Shown here: piece after piece, positions 1 to 9,374 of the stretch
Numbering within the stretch: the stretch's first letter is position 1
How the letters are laid out: each line of letters begins with the position of its first letter
Origin: a virus
Taxonomy: Duplodnaviria; Caudoviricetes
DNA: 64,000 nt
Virus record (IMG/VR): IMGVR_UViG_3300032236_001024
Coordinates: 128,001-192,000 of that record
Direction: 5' to 3' (one strand)
The notes under the pieces: generated by a model
Seen by the model: the letters and a program-made list of their open reading frames with translations, nothing else
Told to the model about the DNA's origin: nothing
Databases searched by the model: none
Position numbers and translations under genes: made by a program

Positions 1-333
1 CTTTTCAAATGTATCGTTTGATGCTTCTTGTTGAAGAACTGGTTTTACTTCTTCTTTCTTTTCTTCTTTTTCTATTGTTTCGGCTGTTTCATCTATAATT
101 TTAACTTCTTCAATAGGTTTTTCTTCTGTAACAACTTCTTCAATTGCAGTAATAGCTTCTTGAGCTACTGAACTTTCCGTTACTTCATCATCAATTGATT
201 CACCATATGCTAATTCGATTGCAATTACTTTCGATTGAAAAACAGCCGAATCAGCTTGCTTTGATAAAATAAATGGTATAATAACTCCTATATGTAAAGC
301 AATTGACGCCAATAATGTAATATATTTTTTCAC
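1..333 (-). CDS. TonB/TolA-like single-anchor membrane protein, N-terminal part (runs off the left edge; not in ORF track)
   Basis: GTG at 333 overlaps the upstream TGA; hand translation MKKYITLLASIALHIGVIIPFILSKQADSAVF...EEVVTEEKPIEEVKIIDETAETIEKEEKKEEVKP; TM helix with SxxLH motif followed by an acidic E/K/P-rich spacer. Confidence 0.6.
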   Translation of the reverse strand, partial: MKKYITLLASIALHIGVIIPFILSKQADSAVFQSKVIAIELAYGESIDDEVTESSVAQEAITAIEEVVTEEKPIEEVKIIDETAETIEKEEKKEEVKPVLQQEASNDTFEK

Positions 334-539
334 TTATGTAAATCTTTCAATAAGTTTAGATCAATTTTTTTCTTATCGTAGCATTTGCCTTCTGTATTAA
401 ACCAACTAAATTTAGACCAGAAGATCATAGTCTTTAATGCTTCTTGACATTGCTGCTCTGTCTTGAACTCTAGTGCTATTTTCCCCGGTATATCGGTAGG
501 AACGCTATTATGTACTACTATTAAAAATAAAATCCACAT
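330..539 (-). CDS. small hypothetical protein with hydrophobic N-terminus
   Basis: 69 aa ORF tightly packed between neighbours on the same strand. Confidence 0.6.
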   Translation of the reverse strand: MWILFLIVVHNSVPTDIPGKIALEFKTEQQCQEALKTMIFWSKFSWFNTEGKCYDKKKIDLNLLKDLHK

Positions 540-542
540 ATT

Positions 543-1271
543 TCACGCCCATTTTATTATTTCAAATGATCCGTCATGGTTTTCTACCAAGGCGGTACAT
601 GATTCTACCCAATCACCACAATTCATATATCTAACGCCGCAAATATCACGAATATTAGCGTGGTGAATATGACCGCAAATAATACCATCTAGCTTTTTAC
701 CTTTAACATAATTACATAATGTTTCTTCATAATTACCAATAAAGTTTACTGATTCTTTAACTTTATACTTCAAATAAGCTGATAGCGACCAGTAAGGTAA
801 CCCAAAAACCGTTCTCACTTTGTTAATGAAACGACTAATATTAATACTAACATCATAAGCCCATCCACCAAAGTGAGCAAGCCATGCAGCATTTCGCATT
901 ACTATATCAAACTGATCGCCATGAGTAACAAGATATAACTTGCCATCAACGCCAACGTGTATGGACTCTTTGACCATGATAATATGACCAAATTCATTGT
1001 CACAATAGTTACGCATAACATCATCATGGTTTCCTGGGATATAAACAATTTCTGTACCTTTTCTAGCTCTACGAAGCAGCTTTTGAATCACATCATTATG
1101 AAACTGAAGCCATATCATTTTCTTAGACATAGCCCAACAATCAACAATATCACCTACTAGATAAACTTTCTCACACTCAAATGTTTTCATGAAATCAAGC
1201 AGTTTGTCCGCTTGACTCATCTTTGTGCCAAGATGAATATCTGAAATGAATACCGTTTTATAAGACTTCAT
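543..1271 (-). CDS. calcineurin-like metallophosphoesterase, UDP-2,3-diacylglucosamine hydrolase (LpxH/COG2908)-like
   Basis: motifs SDIHLG, GDIVD, GNHD, HGDQFD, CGHIH. Confidence 0.8.
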   Translation of the reverse strand: MKSYKTVFISDIHLGTKMSQADKLLDFMKTFECEKVYLVGDIVDCWAMSKKMIWLQFHNDVIQKLLRRARKGTEIVYIPGNHDDVMRNYCDNEFGHIIMVKESIHVGVDGKLYLVTHGDQFDIVMRNAAWLAHFGGWAYDVSINISRFINKVRTVFGLPYWSLSAYLKYKVKESVNFIGNYEETLCNYVKGKKLDGIICGHIHHANIRDICGVRYMNCGDWVESCTALVENHDGSFEIIKWA

Positions 1272-1969
1272 CTAAAATCCTTGTATTCGTTTGTGGTAGA
1301 TTTGTTTTTGAACGTCACTGAGAAATAATTTGTAAGGTATAACCATGTAGTTTTTATGACACCTTGCTCTTCAAGTCTTCTTGGAGATGTTGTAGTAACC
1401 ATATACATATTAAATACTACTTTACCAAGATGCTGAATACGTTTTGCAGTCATAGTATCTTCACCATAGAAAGCAATAGATGTATCATAACCACCAACTT
1501 GATCTAGAGCTTTCTTTTTAATCATACAATTGCCGCCCTGAAGAAATACACCAACATTATCATTACTAAATTTTGCAAGAAAATAATAAAACTTTGTCAT
1601 AATCTTTAAACCAAAACTAGCACCTTCGTATTCGAGAGGACCAGTTACAGCAACAACTTCTTCATTTGATAATACGCTCAATGCTTCCCATATCCATCCA
1701 TCAGTCAACTTTGAATCAGCATCAATGTTAGCAATCAACCAACCTCTAGCAGCTTCATAACCAGCTTGTCTTGCGTACACAACCCCCTTACGAGGTTCTT
1801 TAATAACAAAAGCAAGTTCTTCTTCTGCGATTTCAGCTGTTCTATCAGTACAGTTATTATCAACTACAATAATTTCATACGGAACATACCACATATTTTT
1901 TCTGATTGAACGAATGCAATCTTTGATATGTTTTTCTTCGTTATAACATGGAATTATAAATGTAATCAT
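1268..1969 (-). CDS. GT2 family glycosyltransferase
   Basis: IIPCYNEE, VVDNNCTD, NIDAD, GED motifs. Confidence 0.9.
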   Translation of the reverse strand: MITFIIPCYNEEKHIKDCIRSIRKNMWYVPYEIIVVDNNCTDRTAEIAEEELAFVIKEPRKGVVYARQAGYEAARGWLIANIDADSKLTDGWIWEALSVLSNEEVVAVTGPLEYEGASFGLKIMTKFYYFLAKFSNDNVGVFLQGGNCMIKKKALDQVGGYDTSIAFYGEDTMTAKRIQHLGKVVFNMYMVTTTSPRRLEEQGVIKTTWLYLTNYFSVTFKNKSTTNEYKDFR

Positions 1970-2502
1970 TTTATTGTCATTTCTTTCTTTATTTTATAAT
2001 ATGAAGTGTTATTTTTTCTAGCAGCTTCGTTAATACCATTATACTCTATACCACGATAAATTATTGTTTTTAATAAAGGATGTTTAAGTCTTTTTTCTTC
2101 AGAACAAGGTTGTTTTTTACTTTTATTTGGGGAAGGTTTACCATACATTGGATTTTTATCGCCAATCATTTTTCTTTTTTCAATCCATTCTGGTGATTGT
2201 TTTAATCCTTTTGCTTTCCCTTTACGGTTTTCACTAATTTTCTTTTTTGTTTCTTCTGTGTGTTTTTTGCCATAAAAAAAATTACCATCACTACGTCTTG
2301 CGTCATACATTATTTTCATTCTTTCTTCTTCTGTTATAAGACCCAAAAGACCTTTCCAAGCAAGATAGTCTTGCCACCTTCCATATTCTTCATAAAGAAT
2401 ATGATGAGCTTCTGCGTGTTCTTCAACAGTCAGTTCAATTAAATTGGAAGGTTCGTCAGTTCCTCCCATATGTTTTGGTATTATATGATGTTTATGTTTC
2501 AT
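1966..2502 (-). mobile_element. free-standing HNH homing endonuclease with NUMOD3-type DNA-binding repeats
   Basis: HKHHIIPKHMGGTDEPSNLIELTVEEHAEAH; FYGKKHTEETKKKIS; GDKNPMYGK; own TATAAATA upstream. Confidence 0.85.
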
Positions 2503-2507
2503 ATATC

Positions 2508-2515
2508 TATTTATA
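2508..2515 (-). promoter_or_regulatory. T4-type late promoter TATAAATA
   Basis: exact octamer just upstream of the HNH ATG. Confidence 0.7.
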
Positions 2516-2538
2516 AATTTTATATTTGTACGATAAAC

Positions 2539-4587
2539 CTATTTTACTGAAGTTCTAAAAATTCCATCCCAGTCTTTTGGTAACGGGTTCTTCTTATAAT
2601 CTTCAATTCTTTCCATCATCATATCATAGTATTCTTTCATCTCACCATTAAATGCTGGTATAAGAATTGTAAAATAATTATCTAATTGATGCCACTTCTG
2701 AGCACGATAGTAATTAATAAATTCTTTGTGGTACTTCGCATACTTCTCGTTGATATATGTTTTATCTACTATGGTATAAATGTTCACACCTTCTGACTTA
2801 CCCTTAACAGCAAGACAATCTAGTTCTAAACATAAATAATCATCCTTTACATACTCATATGTTTTGGGACCAATAACCATTTTTACATGGTATGGTTTAC
2901 TCTGTCCTTCAAGACGAGACGCCAAGTTAACAGTGTCACCCAAGCAAGTGTAATCAAAACGCTGGGCTGATCCCATATTTCCGACGACAACAGAACCAGT
3001 ATTGATACCAAGACCCATACCAAAAGGAGGAACACCATCCGCAGAAATTTCTTTGTTGAATCTGTCCAAGTCACCCAACATCTCCAATGCTGTCTTAACT
3101 GCATGTTTCGCATGTTCTGCATCATCTAACGGCGCATTCCAGAATGCCATCTGAGCATCACCAATGTATTTATCCAATGTACCTTCATTTTCAATAATCT
3201 TAGCAGTCATCGCTGTCATATAGCGATTCATTATTTGTGTAAGACCTTGTACATCACTACCATAGTGTTCAGATATAGTAGTAAACCCACGAACATCAGT
3301 AAACATAATCGAAAGTTCACGAGTCTCACCTCCTAATTTCAATAATTCTGGATTCTTTTGCAACTTCTCAACTAGTGCTGGAGATAGATAGGTTCCAAAC
3401 TGTTTTTTGATCTGTTGCTTGAGTCTAAATTCTCTAGCAAAATTGTTAAAAATTAATTGTCCAAATAGAAAAATACCTGAAACTAGCATGAAGCTTGCAT
3501 CGAATAATTGCATATACCATGCGAACATGTAATAGGATGAAGCAACTGCAAGGAGGACAAACGATGCGAACAACGGAATTGTCAACTTTACTGAAGTACG
3601 TGGAACCAGAAATAGCAATAACCCTAATAGTAATGTCAACAGGATTAGTTCTATCTCTTTGGCATCTGGCAAGCGTGTTATCGAGGTTCCATCAATGAGG
3701 TTCTGTAATGTTTGAGCTTGTATCTCATGTGCCCATTTTTCTCCATTTGGGGTGGAGATTATACCGCCAACGCCTTCAATAGTCAAACCAAGTATAACAA
3801 CTTTACCTTCAACTCTTTTATCAATTTCAGTTGCTTCTAATGAACTGAACTTATTATTCCAAGCTAACCAAATACGACCACGTTCATCAGTCTTGATTGG
3901 TGGATATTGAGGAACTCTTACTGCTTCAACTCCAAACTCATTTGTTTTAACTTGGAAACTTGGGTCTCCAGCTGCAACACGAATGGTTTCCAAAGGAATA
4001 GATGGATATAAATTCCCTGCAATATTAACAAGTAGAGGCATACGGCGAACAACGCCATCGATTTCAGGGATAGTAGCTGAAACCCCGACGCCTGAAGCAG
4101 ATTCTGAAAAGATATCCAGAGGGCGTAATCCACCAGGCCAACGATAAACAACATTATTAGGGTCAACAGAACCAATTGCAGCGAACCCACGACGAACAGC
4201 ATCTGGTTTACTATTTTGAGTAGTTGGGGTTTGAGCAAGGATAACACCATCAAGAGTTTTTGCAAGTTCACTATCTCCCCCTGCTCTATCTTTTTCTGAA
4301 AATATCATAGGTGCCACTATAACTGTGGCACCATTTTCCTTCAGTTTATTAATTGTTTTAGCAATATCTCTACGATCAAAAGGCCACTGACCAAACTTCT
4401 CTACAGACTTTTCACCAAAATTGACTAAAACTAATTCATCTGACTGTTTTTCAGGCAATGTTTTTATTAAATAATCAAATGTCTTTAATTGAAGAGTCTG
4501 AACAGGACTTGGGTTATAAATGTATAATACTATTAAAAGACATGCAGTAATTACTGCTGCCCAAGTACTGGTAAGATACTTCATCAT
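2539..4587 (-). CDS. class III adenylate cyclase with extracytoplasmic CHASE2 domain and TM helices
   Basis: N-terminal TM, CHASE2 (GQWPFDR, DGVVRRMPL), three further TMs, catalytic FTDVRGFT, DKYIGDA, GDTVNLASRLE. Confidence 0.92.
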   Translation of the reverse strand: MMKYLTSTWAAVITACLLIVLYIYNPSPVQTLQLKTFDYLIKTLPEKQSDELVLVNFGEKSVEKFGQWPFDRRDIAKTINKLKENGATVIVAPMIFSEKDRAGGDSELAKTLDGVILAQTPTTQNSKPDAVRRGFAAIGSVDPNNVVYRWPGGLRPLDIFSESASGVGVSATIPEIDGVVRRMPLLVNIAGNLYPSIPLETIRVAAGDPSFQVKTNEFGVEAVRVPQYPPIKTDERGRIWLAWNNKFSSLEATEIDKRVEGKVVILGLTIEGVGGIISTPNGEKWAHEIQAQTLQNLIDGTSITRLPDAKEIELILLTLLLGLLLFLVPRTSVKLTIPLFASFVLLAVASSYYMFAWYMQLFDASFMLVSGIFLFGQLIFNNFAREFRLKQQIKKQFGTYLSPALVEKLQKNPELLKLGGETRELSIMFTDVRGFTTISEHYGSDVQGLTQIMNRYMTAMTAKIIENEGTLDKYIGDAQMAFWNAPLDDAEHAKHAVKTALEMLGDLDRFNKEISADGVPPFGMGLGINTGSVVVGNMGSAQRFDYTCLGDTVNLASRLEGQSKPYHVKMVIGPKTYEYVKDDYLCLELDCLAVKGKSEGVNIYTIVDKTYINEKYAKYHKEFINYYRAQKWHQLDNYFTILIPAFNGEMKEYYDMMMERIEDYKKNPLPKDWDGIFRTSVK

Positions 4588-5570
4588 TTTGTTTGCCTTA
4601 TAGTTATTCTATTTGATCCACCATCACCTATTTTCGCTGTATTTATGTCGCTATTTCTTTGTAAGTCAATAGAAGCATTTCCGTTTGTACCAAAGTCAAG
4701 AAACAGATGGTTGTTAGCATCATTGTTTGTTCTGGCTGTAGTATTACCATTTTTCTTCTCTATTATAATAACAGGTGATGCTTCTTCTTTTTGATGGAAC
4801 TTGGATTGAATAGATATCTGTTCTTTTTCTATTTGTTCAGCTTCGTTTCTTTGTCTTTGCGACTCATTTCTTTCTTGTAAAGCTGCCATAATTTCTTTTG
4901 GTACAGCAATAATTAATAGATTGTTTATTTGCTTATCTGTGATACCTGTTATCCTGACTGGCTGAATAGGAGCAGCTGATGGTTGAGAAACATATGTAGC
5001 AGTATATGGTTGATCAAGAACTACTACACCAGAAAGAGACATTACTTCTATCTTTCCAGTAACACAACGTCCAACCTGATCACATGATGGAACAAGAACA
5101 ACAAGACTTCTACCAATCTCATCAACAGTCATATTAAAGTCAGTACCACGAACAGCAATAGTAGCAGTGGGCGTTTGTATATCAACTGATTGAGGATTGG
5201 CGTGTGCTATCTGACCAGAAGCATATCTTACTGTACCAAACCCAACTTTCAATCCAAGTTTGCCACCTGATTGATTAGGATTGAATACAAAATCATCTAT
5301 TAATAGTCTTGAGTTTTCTTTGATGACAACTTTTGTATCATCCTTAAACGAAATGTCCACCGTAGAATTTTTAGTCTCTACGGTGTCCATTGATTCTATA
5401 TTCGAGTCTTTAGTGCCTTCTAATAAATCTTTGTTTCTTTTGATCGAAACAACTGGTCCTTCAAGAGTTCTAATTTTACCTATTTCAGCAAAACTAGTTT
5501 GATGTGTGAACAGTAACGTTATTAGAAGTACCAGTAACCTGAAGCTTAACGGTACTATCAATAGTTCCAC
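4584..5570 (-). CDS. FecR-domain protein with signal peptide (start GTG 5570 or TTG 5561)
   Basis: signal peptide ending TSFA-EIG; FecR-like VDIQTPTATIAVRGTDF, G.VRYASG. Confidence 0.8.
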   Translation of the reverse strand: MELLIVPLSFRLLVLLITLLFTHQTSFAEIGKIRTLEGPVVSIKRNKDLLEGTKDSNIESMDTVETKNSTVDISFKDDTKVVIKENSRLLIDDFVFNPNQSGGKLGLKVGFGTVRYASGQIAHANPQSVDIQTPTATIAVRGTDFNMTVDEIGRSLVVLVPSCDQVGRCVTGKIEVMSLSGVVVLDQPYTATYVSQPSAAPIQPVRITGITDKQINNLLIIAVPKEIMAALQERNESQRQRNEAEQIEKEQISIQSKFHQKEEASPVIIIEKKNGNTTARTNNDANNHLFLDFGTNGNASIDLQRNSDINTAKIGDGGSNRITIRQTK

Positions 5571-6156
5571 CTTGGGTTGTTAATACGGTATTCGAGCTAC
5601 CAAGTATATTAATACCCAAAGTGCTACCAGCACCACCCACAGCGTTCATAGTTGAATTCACATTATTCGCATCTCCAGTGACGGAGATATTGCTCGTTGA
5701 ATTGGATTGTGTAATGTTTGTCGTTACTTGATTTGAAGAACCAGTAATAGCAAGGGTAGAACTAATGTTCTGTCCTTTTATTGTTTGACTGACTGTATTT
5801 AAATTGCCAGTTATAGTCTCAGTTATTTGAGAAGATGAACATGTAGTTAAAATATCACCACATGTTAAAGTGAATTGGTTTGAATCACCATTGATAATGG
5901 AACTATAAGTGTTTGTAGAACCAATAATACTAAAGTTATGAATATTATTACTGCCTGTTTGTTTGACAGTAACATTATTAGTATCACCATTACTTAAAGA
6001 ATAAGTTGTAGTGGAACCAATAGAATTGTTTGTTCCTACCTGTTCTAAATCAATAGTAGAAGCAGAACCAAGCTGCTTCATATATATTGAGTTTTGAGCA
6101 TAAGATGTACTCACAGTTGCCAGCATCATAAAGATTGCTAGTAATATTTTATTCAT
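5494..6156 (-). CDS. curlin-like (CsgA/CsgB-type) beta-repeat secreted protein
   Basis: signal peptide plus about 11 (Q/I/V)xGxxN repeats (QVGTNN, QTGSNN, ITGSSN, VTGDAN, VTGTSN); adjacent to csgG. Confidence 0.75.
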   Translation of the reverse strand: MNKILLAIFMMLATVSTSYAQNSIYMKQLGSASTIDLEQVGTNNSIGSTTTYSLSNGDTNNVTVKQTGSNNIHNFSIIGSTNTYSSIINGDSNQFTLTCGDILTTCSSSQITETITGNLNTVSQTIKGQNISSTLAITGSSNQVTTNITQSNSTSNISVTGDANNVNSTMNAVGGAGSTLGINILGSSNTVLTTQGGTIDSTVKLQVTGTSNNVTVHTSN

Positions 6157-6171
6157 TATTTACTCCCGTTG

Positions 6172-6966
6172 TTATTTGAATTGCCAGTATTTCTTCTTCT
6201 CACCTTCCCTGATCATTTCAACAACAGCAGCTTCAATTGCTCTCTGTGTAGCTAGATTCACACTTTCATTAATAGCATGACCAGCTTCACCTTCTATACT
6301 CAATGTACCAGCGTCAACAAATTTCATTATATTTATATTATCAGAGAAACTTAATATAGTTTTTGATGTAGTAACACTTATTAAAACTTCGCCAGTATTT
6401 ACTGATATTACTCTAAGATTTACTGTCACTAAATCCGATCTGTATTGAGTACTTGGACCAATTCCAAATACTCTTACACCAAGACCATCACTTTGAACAG
6501 TTGTATCATAACCGATTACACCACCTTCAATAATCAAACCAGAAAATAAAAGAGGCTCAAGTGGTTTTGCTTTTTCTCCTTCATAAAGATCACGCATCGA
6601 TTTAATAAGTTGACGTTCTTTGATCAAATTATCAACATCAATACGTTCAATTACACGAAACCATTTTCCATCACCAACATCTTGTAATGCTTTGACAAGA
6701 TAAGCATCAGGTGCTTGTGTAACAGCAGATGAAAACACTGCTAATTTATCGTTAGGTTTACGTTGTCCAGTTTGATCTTTAAAATTATATACACTGACAG
6801 TAACTTTACCACCCTTTGGTGGTTTTAATTGATTTTCTTCACGCTTGAAAAAATCTGGATTGACAATTTTTGGTTGTTCAACTATTTGTTCTGGTTCTGA
6901 ATATAGTATTGTTGACGCACACCCACTCAAAAACAAAAAACTGATTGCAGCAATAACTTTTTTCAT
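6172..6966 (-). CDS. csgG: curli secretion channel CsgG
   Basis: lipobox FLSGC; VYNFKDQTGQRKP, SSAVTQ, WFRVIER, LIKERQLI, EGGVIGYD. Confidence 0.92.
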   Translation of the reverse strand: MKKVIAAISFLFLSGCASTILYSEPEQIVEQPKIVNPDFFKREENQLKPPKGGKVTVSVYNFKDQTGQRKPNDKLAVFSSAVTQAPDAYLVKALQDVGDGKWFRVIERIDVDNLIKERQLIKSMRDLYEGEKAKPLEPLLFSGLIIEGGVIGYDTTVQSDGLGVRVFGIGPSTQYRSDLVTVNLRVISVNTGEVLISVTTSKTILSFSDNINIMKFVDAGTLSIEGEAGHAINESVNLATQRAIEAAVVEMIREGEKKKYWQFK

Positions 6967-6973
6967 TTTTCAC

Positions 6974-7417
6974 CTATTGAACAAAAGTAGTGCTTGGAAC
7001 AATCAATTCAGTTGTTCCTTTGGGGGTTACAGTAGTAACTGTAACTGTTCCATTAAGATTTTTCTGCCAAGAAATAGTTGTAGTACCAAAAGTAATAATA
7101 CCATGATCAACACCATTACCAAAAATAGAATTAGTAACTTGCTGAGATAATTGTTGATAAACCATTGAATTCAATGTCATAACAAACTGATTAATTGGAT
7201 CAGAAGCAGCTTTAGCCGCTTCTTCTGCTTTTGCAAGAGAAATATTATCTTTGATTTTTTGTTTGTTTGCTTGCTCCAACTGATAGATGCTGGTTACATG
7301 TGCTGTATAACCATTACCATTAAATGCTGGAGAATTAAATTGGAATTGTAAATCATCAGCTAATGAGTTTGTTGCAAACAAAGAAAGCAAAAATACAAAT
7401 AATAATCTCATAATCAA
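6974..7417 (-). CDS. csgF: curli assembly protein CsgF
   Basis: signal peptide then FQFNSPAFNGNG, typical of the CsgF N-terminus; next to csgG. Confidence 0.8.
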   Translation of the reverse strand: MIMRLLFVFLLSLFATNSLADDLQFQFNSPAFNGNGYTAHVTSIYQLEQANKQKIKDNISLAKAEEAAKAASDPINQFVMTLNSMVYQQLSQQVTNSIFGNGVDHGIITFGTTTISWQKNLNGTVTVTTVTPKGTTELIVPSTTFVQ

Positions 7418-7662
7418 ACTCCTGTTTTTTTCTTATTTATTGTTTTTCGATTTTCTCTCTTGTTTTTTTCATACCAGAACTTACTACTAGTACGGAGCTT
7501 TTCAGCACTAACTCTTACATGCTCAAGAAGAGCAGTGGCAAGTACCGATTGATGATACCGCCACTCTCTGTCTTCTTGTTCAACCATATCGGTTATTAGT
7601 TCCAGAGCCATATCTACATATGGACAAACGTGCTCAGGAACTACTGGTTTCTTTGTGTTCAT
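7414..7662 (-). CDS. hypothetical protein
   Basis: 82 aa ORF overlapping neighbours by 4 nt. Confidence 0.65.
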   Translation of the reverse strand: MNTKKPVVPEHVCPYVDMALELITDMVEQEDREWRYHQSVLATALLEHVRVSAEKLRTSSKFWYEKNKRENRKTINKKKTGV

Positions 7663-8345
7663 ATGTCAAGCGCATCCTTGAGTGATGGGAACTTCTCAAC
7701 GATCTGATTCCCAGCATCGATAGCAATCTCACGATGTTCCTTCTGAGTCTCTGGACCAGAGCGAAGTTGGCAGTAATGAATCCAAGAACGAAGCGTTCCA
7801 TTCATATACATACGAGAAACAGTCAGACCTTCTGGAAGAACAGCACGAGCCTGTTCCTTAGCAATACCTCTACGAATAGCCCAATTATATGCTTCCTGAG
7901 AGTTTGCAATTACTTCTTCTTGCTTCTTACGCCATCCATTCTGTAGTTCAGGATCATCATATTCAATAGAATTCTGACGATTCTTCTCATCCTGAATACG
8001 TGCTTCACGAGCAAAGAAACCCAAGTCCTGAGTAGGATCAGCATAACGCTGAGAGAATTCCTGAAACGAGAACGAACGGTGACGAAGAATCTGACGAGCA
8101 ATATCACGAGTCGTATTGATTTCCATCACAACACTGACCATTTCAAATGGAGACCAATGCTTATGCTTGGCAAGATAACGAAGAAGCTTGGTTGCAGTCA
8201 GTGTGTTGTTCTGATTGGATGGATTGGAAACACGAGCTACATAAGCAACAAATTCATCAACAGACATTAAAGGAGCAGCAGTTCCAATATTACCATTAAC
8301 GCTAATCGTAGGTTGAGTGATAGCAATAATTCGAGCATTATTCAT
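7659..8345 (-). CDS. thyX: flavin-dependent thymidylate synthase
   Basis: RHRSFSFQEFSQRY signature, HWSPFE, QKEHR. Confidence 0.97.
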   Translation of the reverse strand: MNNARIIAITQPTISVNGNIGTAAPLMSVDEFVAYVARVSNPSNQNNTLTATKLLRYLAKHKHWSPFEMVSVVMEINTTRDIARQILRHRSFSFQEFSQRYADPTQDLGFFAREARIQDEKNRQNSIEYDDPELQNGWRKKQEEVIANSQEAYNWAIRRGIAKEQARAVLPEGLTVSRMYMNGTLRSWIHYCQLRSGPETQKEHREIAIDAGNQIVEKFPSLKDALDI

Positions 8346-8356
8346 AATATAATTCC

Positions 8357-8590
8357 TTATTCGTTAATTTTACCATCCCAAATTTCAATGGTACTTTTAT
8401 TGACCATCTTCATTATTTGATTGGCAGTTTCTTCAACTTCCCATGATTGTGCAGGATTTCCGCCATAAACAAAAGTTTTTTCTCCTTCTATACCATCCAT
8501 ATCATATACACATGTAATGTGATCTGGATTAAAATATAAAGTAGTACCTTTAATGTCTTGACGAGCATTTGTAAGTCTGATGAATTTCAT
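8357..8590 (-). CDS. hypothetical protein
   Basis: 77 aa ORF with AGGA upstream. Confidence 0.65.
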   Translation of the reverse strand: MKFIRLTNARQDIKGTTLYFNPDHITCVYDMDGIEGEKTFVYGGNPAQSWEVEETANQIMKMVNKSTIEIWDGKINE

Positions 8591-8610
8591 AATATATCCT
8601 TATAGAAAAA

Positions 8611-8687
8611 TGGTGCGTGGAGCGGGATTCGAACCCGCCCTGTACTGATTTTAAGTCAGTTGTCTCCTGCCTCTGGACTACCCACGC
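8611..8687 (-). tRNA. tRNA-Leu(TAA), short variable loop
   Basis: cloverleaf, ACTGA-CTTAAAA-TCAGT anticodon arm, TTCGAAT T-loop, CCA. Confidence 0.88.
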
Positions 8688-8692
8688 ATTAT

Positions 8693-8769
8693 TGGCGGTT
8701 CCTGAAGGATTCGAACCCTCGACCTACGGAGTAGAAATCCGTCACTCTGTCCAGCTGAGTTAAGGAACC
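8693..8769 (-). tRNA. tRNA-Arg(TCT)
   Basis: ACGGA-TTTCTAC-TCCGT, CCA. Confidence 0.93.
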
Positions 8770-8788
8770 TTGTAAAAACTATGGATGC

Positions 8789-8817
8789 ATATTAACACCC
8801 ATAGTTTATTTTGTCAA
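8789..8817 (-). promoter_or_regulatory. sigma70-type promoter for tRNA-Arg/Leu
   Basis: TTGACA-N17-TAATAT. Confidence 0.65.
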
Positions 8818-8823
8818 GTGGTA

Positions 8824-9351
8824 TTAGAACTTGTAATTTACGCCAGCTGTGAAAGCGTTATTCTTGGTGCCAGTTTCATTCTTGAAATTAGCAAGATAAC
8901 GATAACGTGCGTCAATTTCGAAGTTCTTAGTTAGACCATAACGAACACCACCACCTATATTATAGATAGTCTGGTTCTTAACATCATTCCATGCATAACC
9001 TACACCAGCAAGAGCATAAGGTGTAATGTTAAAGAAGTTAAGAGGAAGCTGACCAATAACATTACCAGTTACAACTTCTGCCTTACCAACCTTATTCTTG
9101 TCGCTGAAATGATCATAATCAAGTTCCACACGAGCAAACTTATTTACTTCGTATCCAGCATTGCCACCAACTGTCCAGTTGTGAGCTTCATTCTTGTAAA
9201 GATCACCACCACGAATACCAACAAAGAAAGGAAGACTTGCTGAACTTGCTACAGGAGCAGGAGCAGGAGGTGCAATCTTTGATGGAAGATCAGCAGAAAG
9301 TGCTGCAGTTGAAGCAACAATAGCAGCGAGTGTAATAATAGACTTGAACAT
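8824..9351 (-). CDS. Omp25/RopB-like 8-stranded outer-membrane beta-barrel
   Basis: signal peptide, ADLPSK..PPAPAP N-terminus typical of rhizobial Omp25 family, alternating beta pattern, C-terminal NYKF. Confidence 0.8.
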   Translation of the reverse strand: MFKSIITLAAIVASTAALSADLPSKIAPPAPAPVASSASLPFFVGIRGGDLYKNEAHNWTVGGNAGYEVNKFARVELDYDHFSDKNKVGKAEVVTGNVIGQLPLNFFNITPYALAGVGYAWNDVKNQTIYNIGGGVRYGLTKNFEIDARYRYLANFKNETGTKNNAFTAGVNYKF

Positions 9352-9374
9352 TTTTTTCTCCTTGTGTTAATTTT

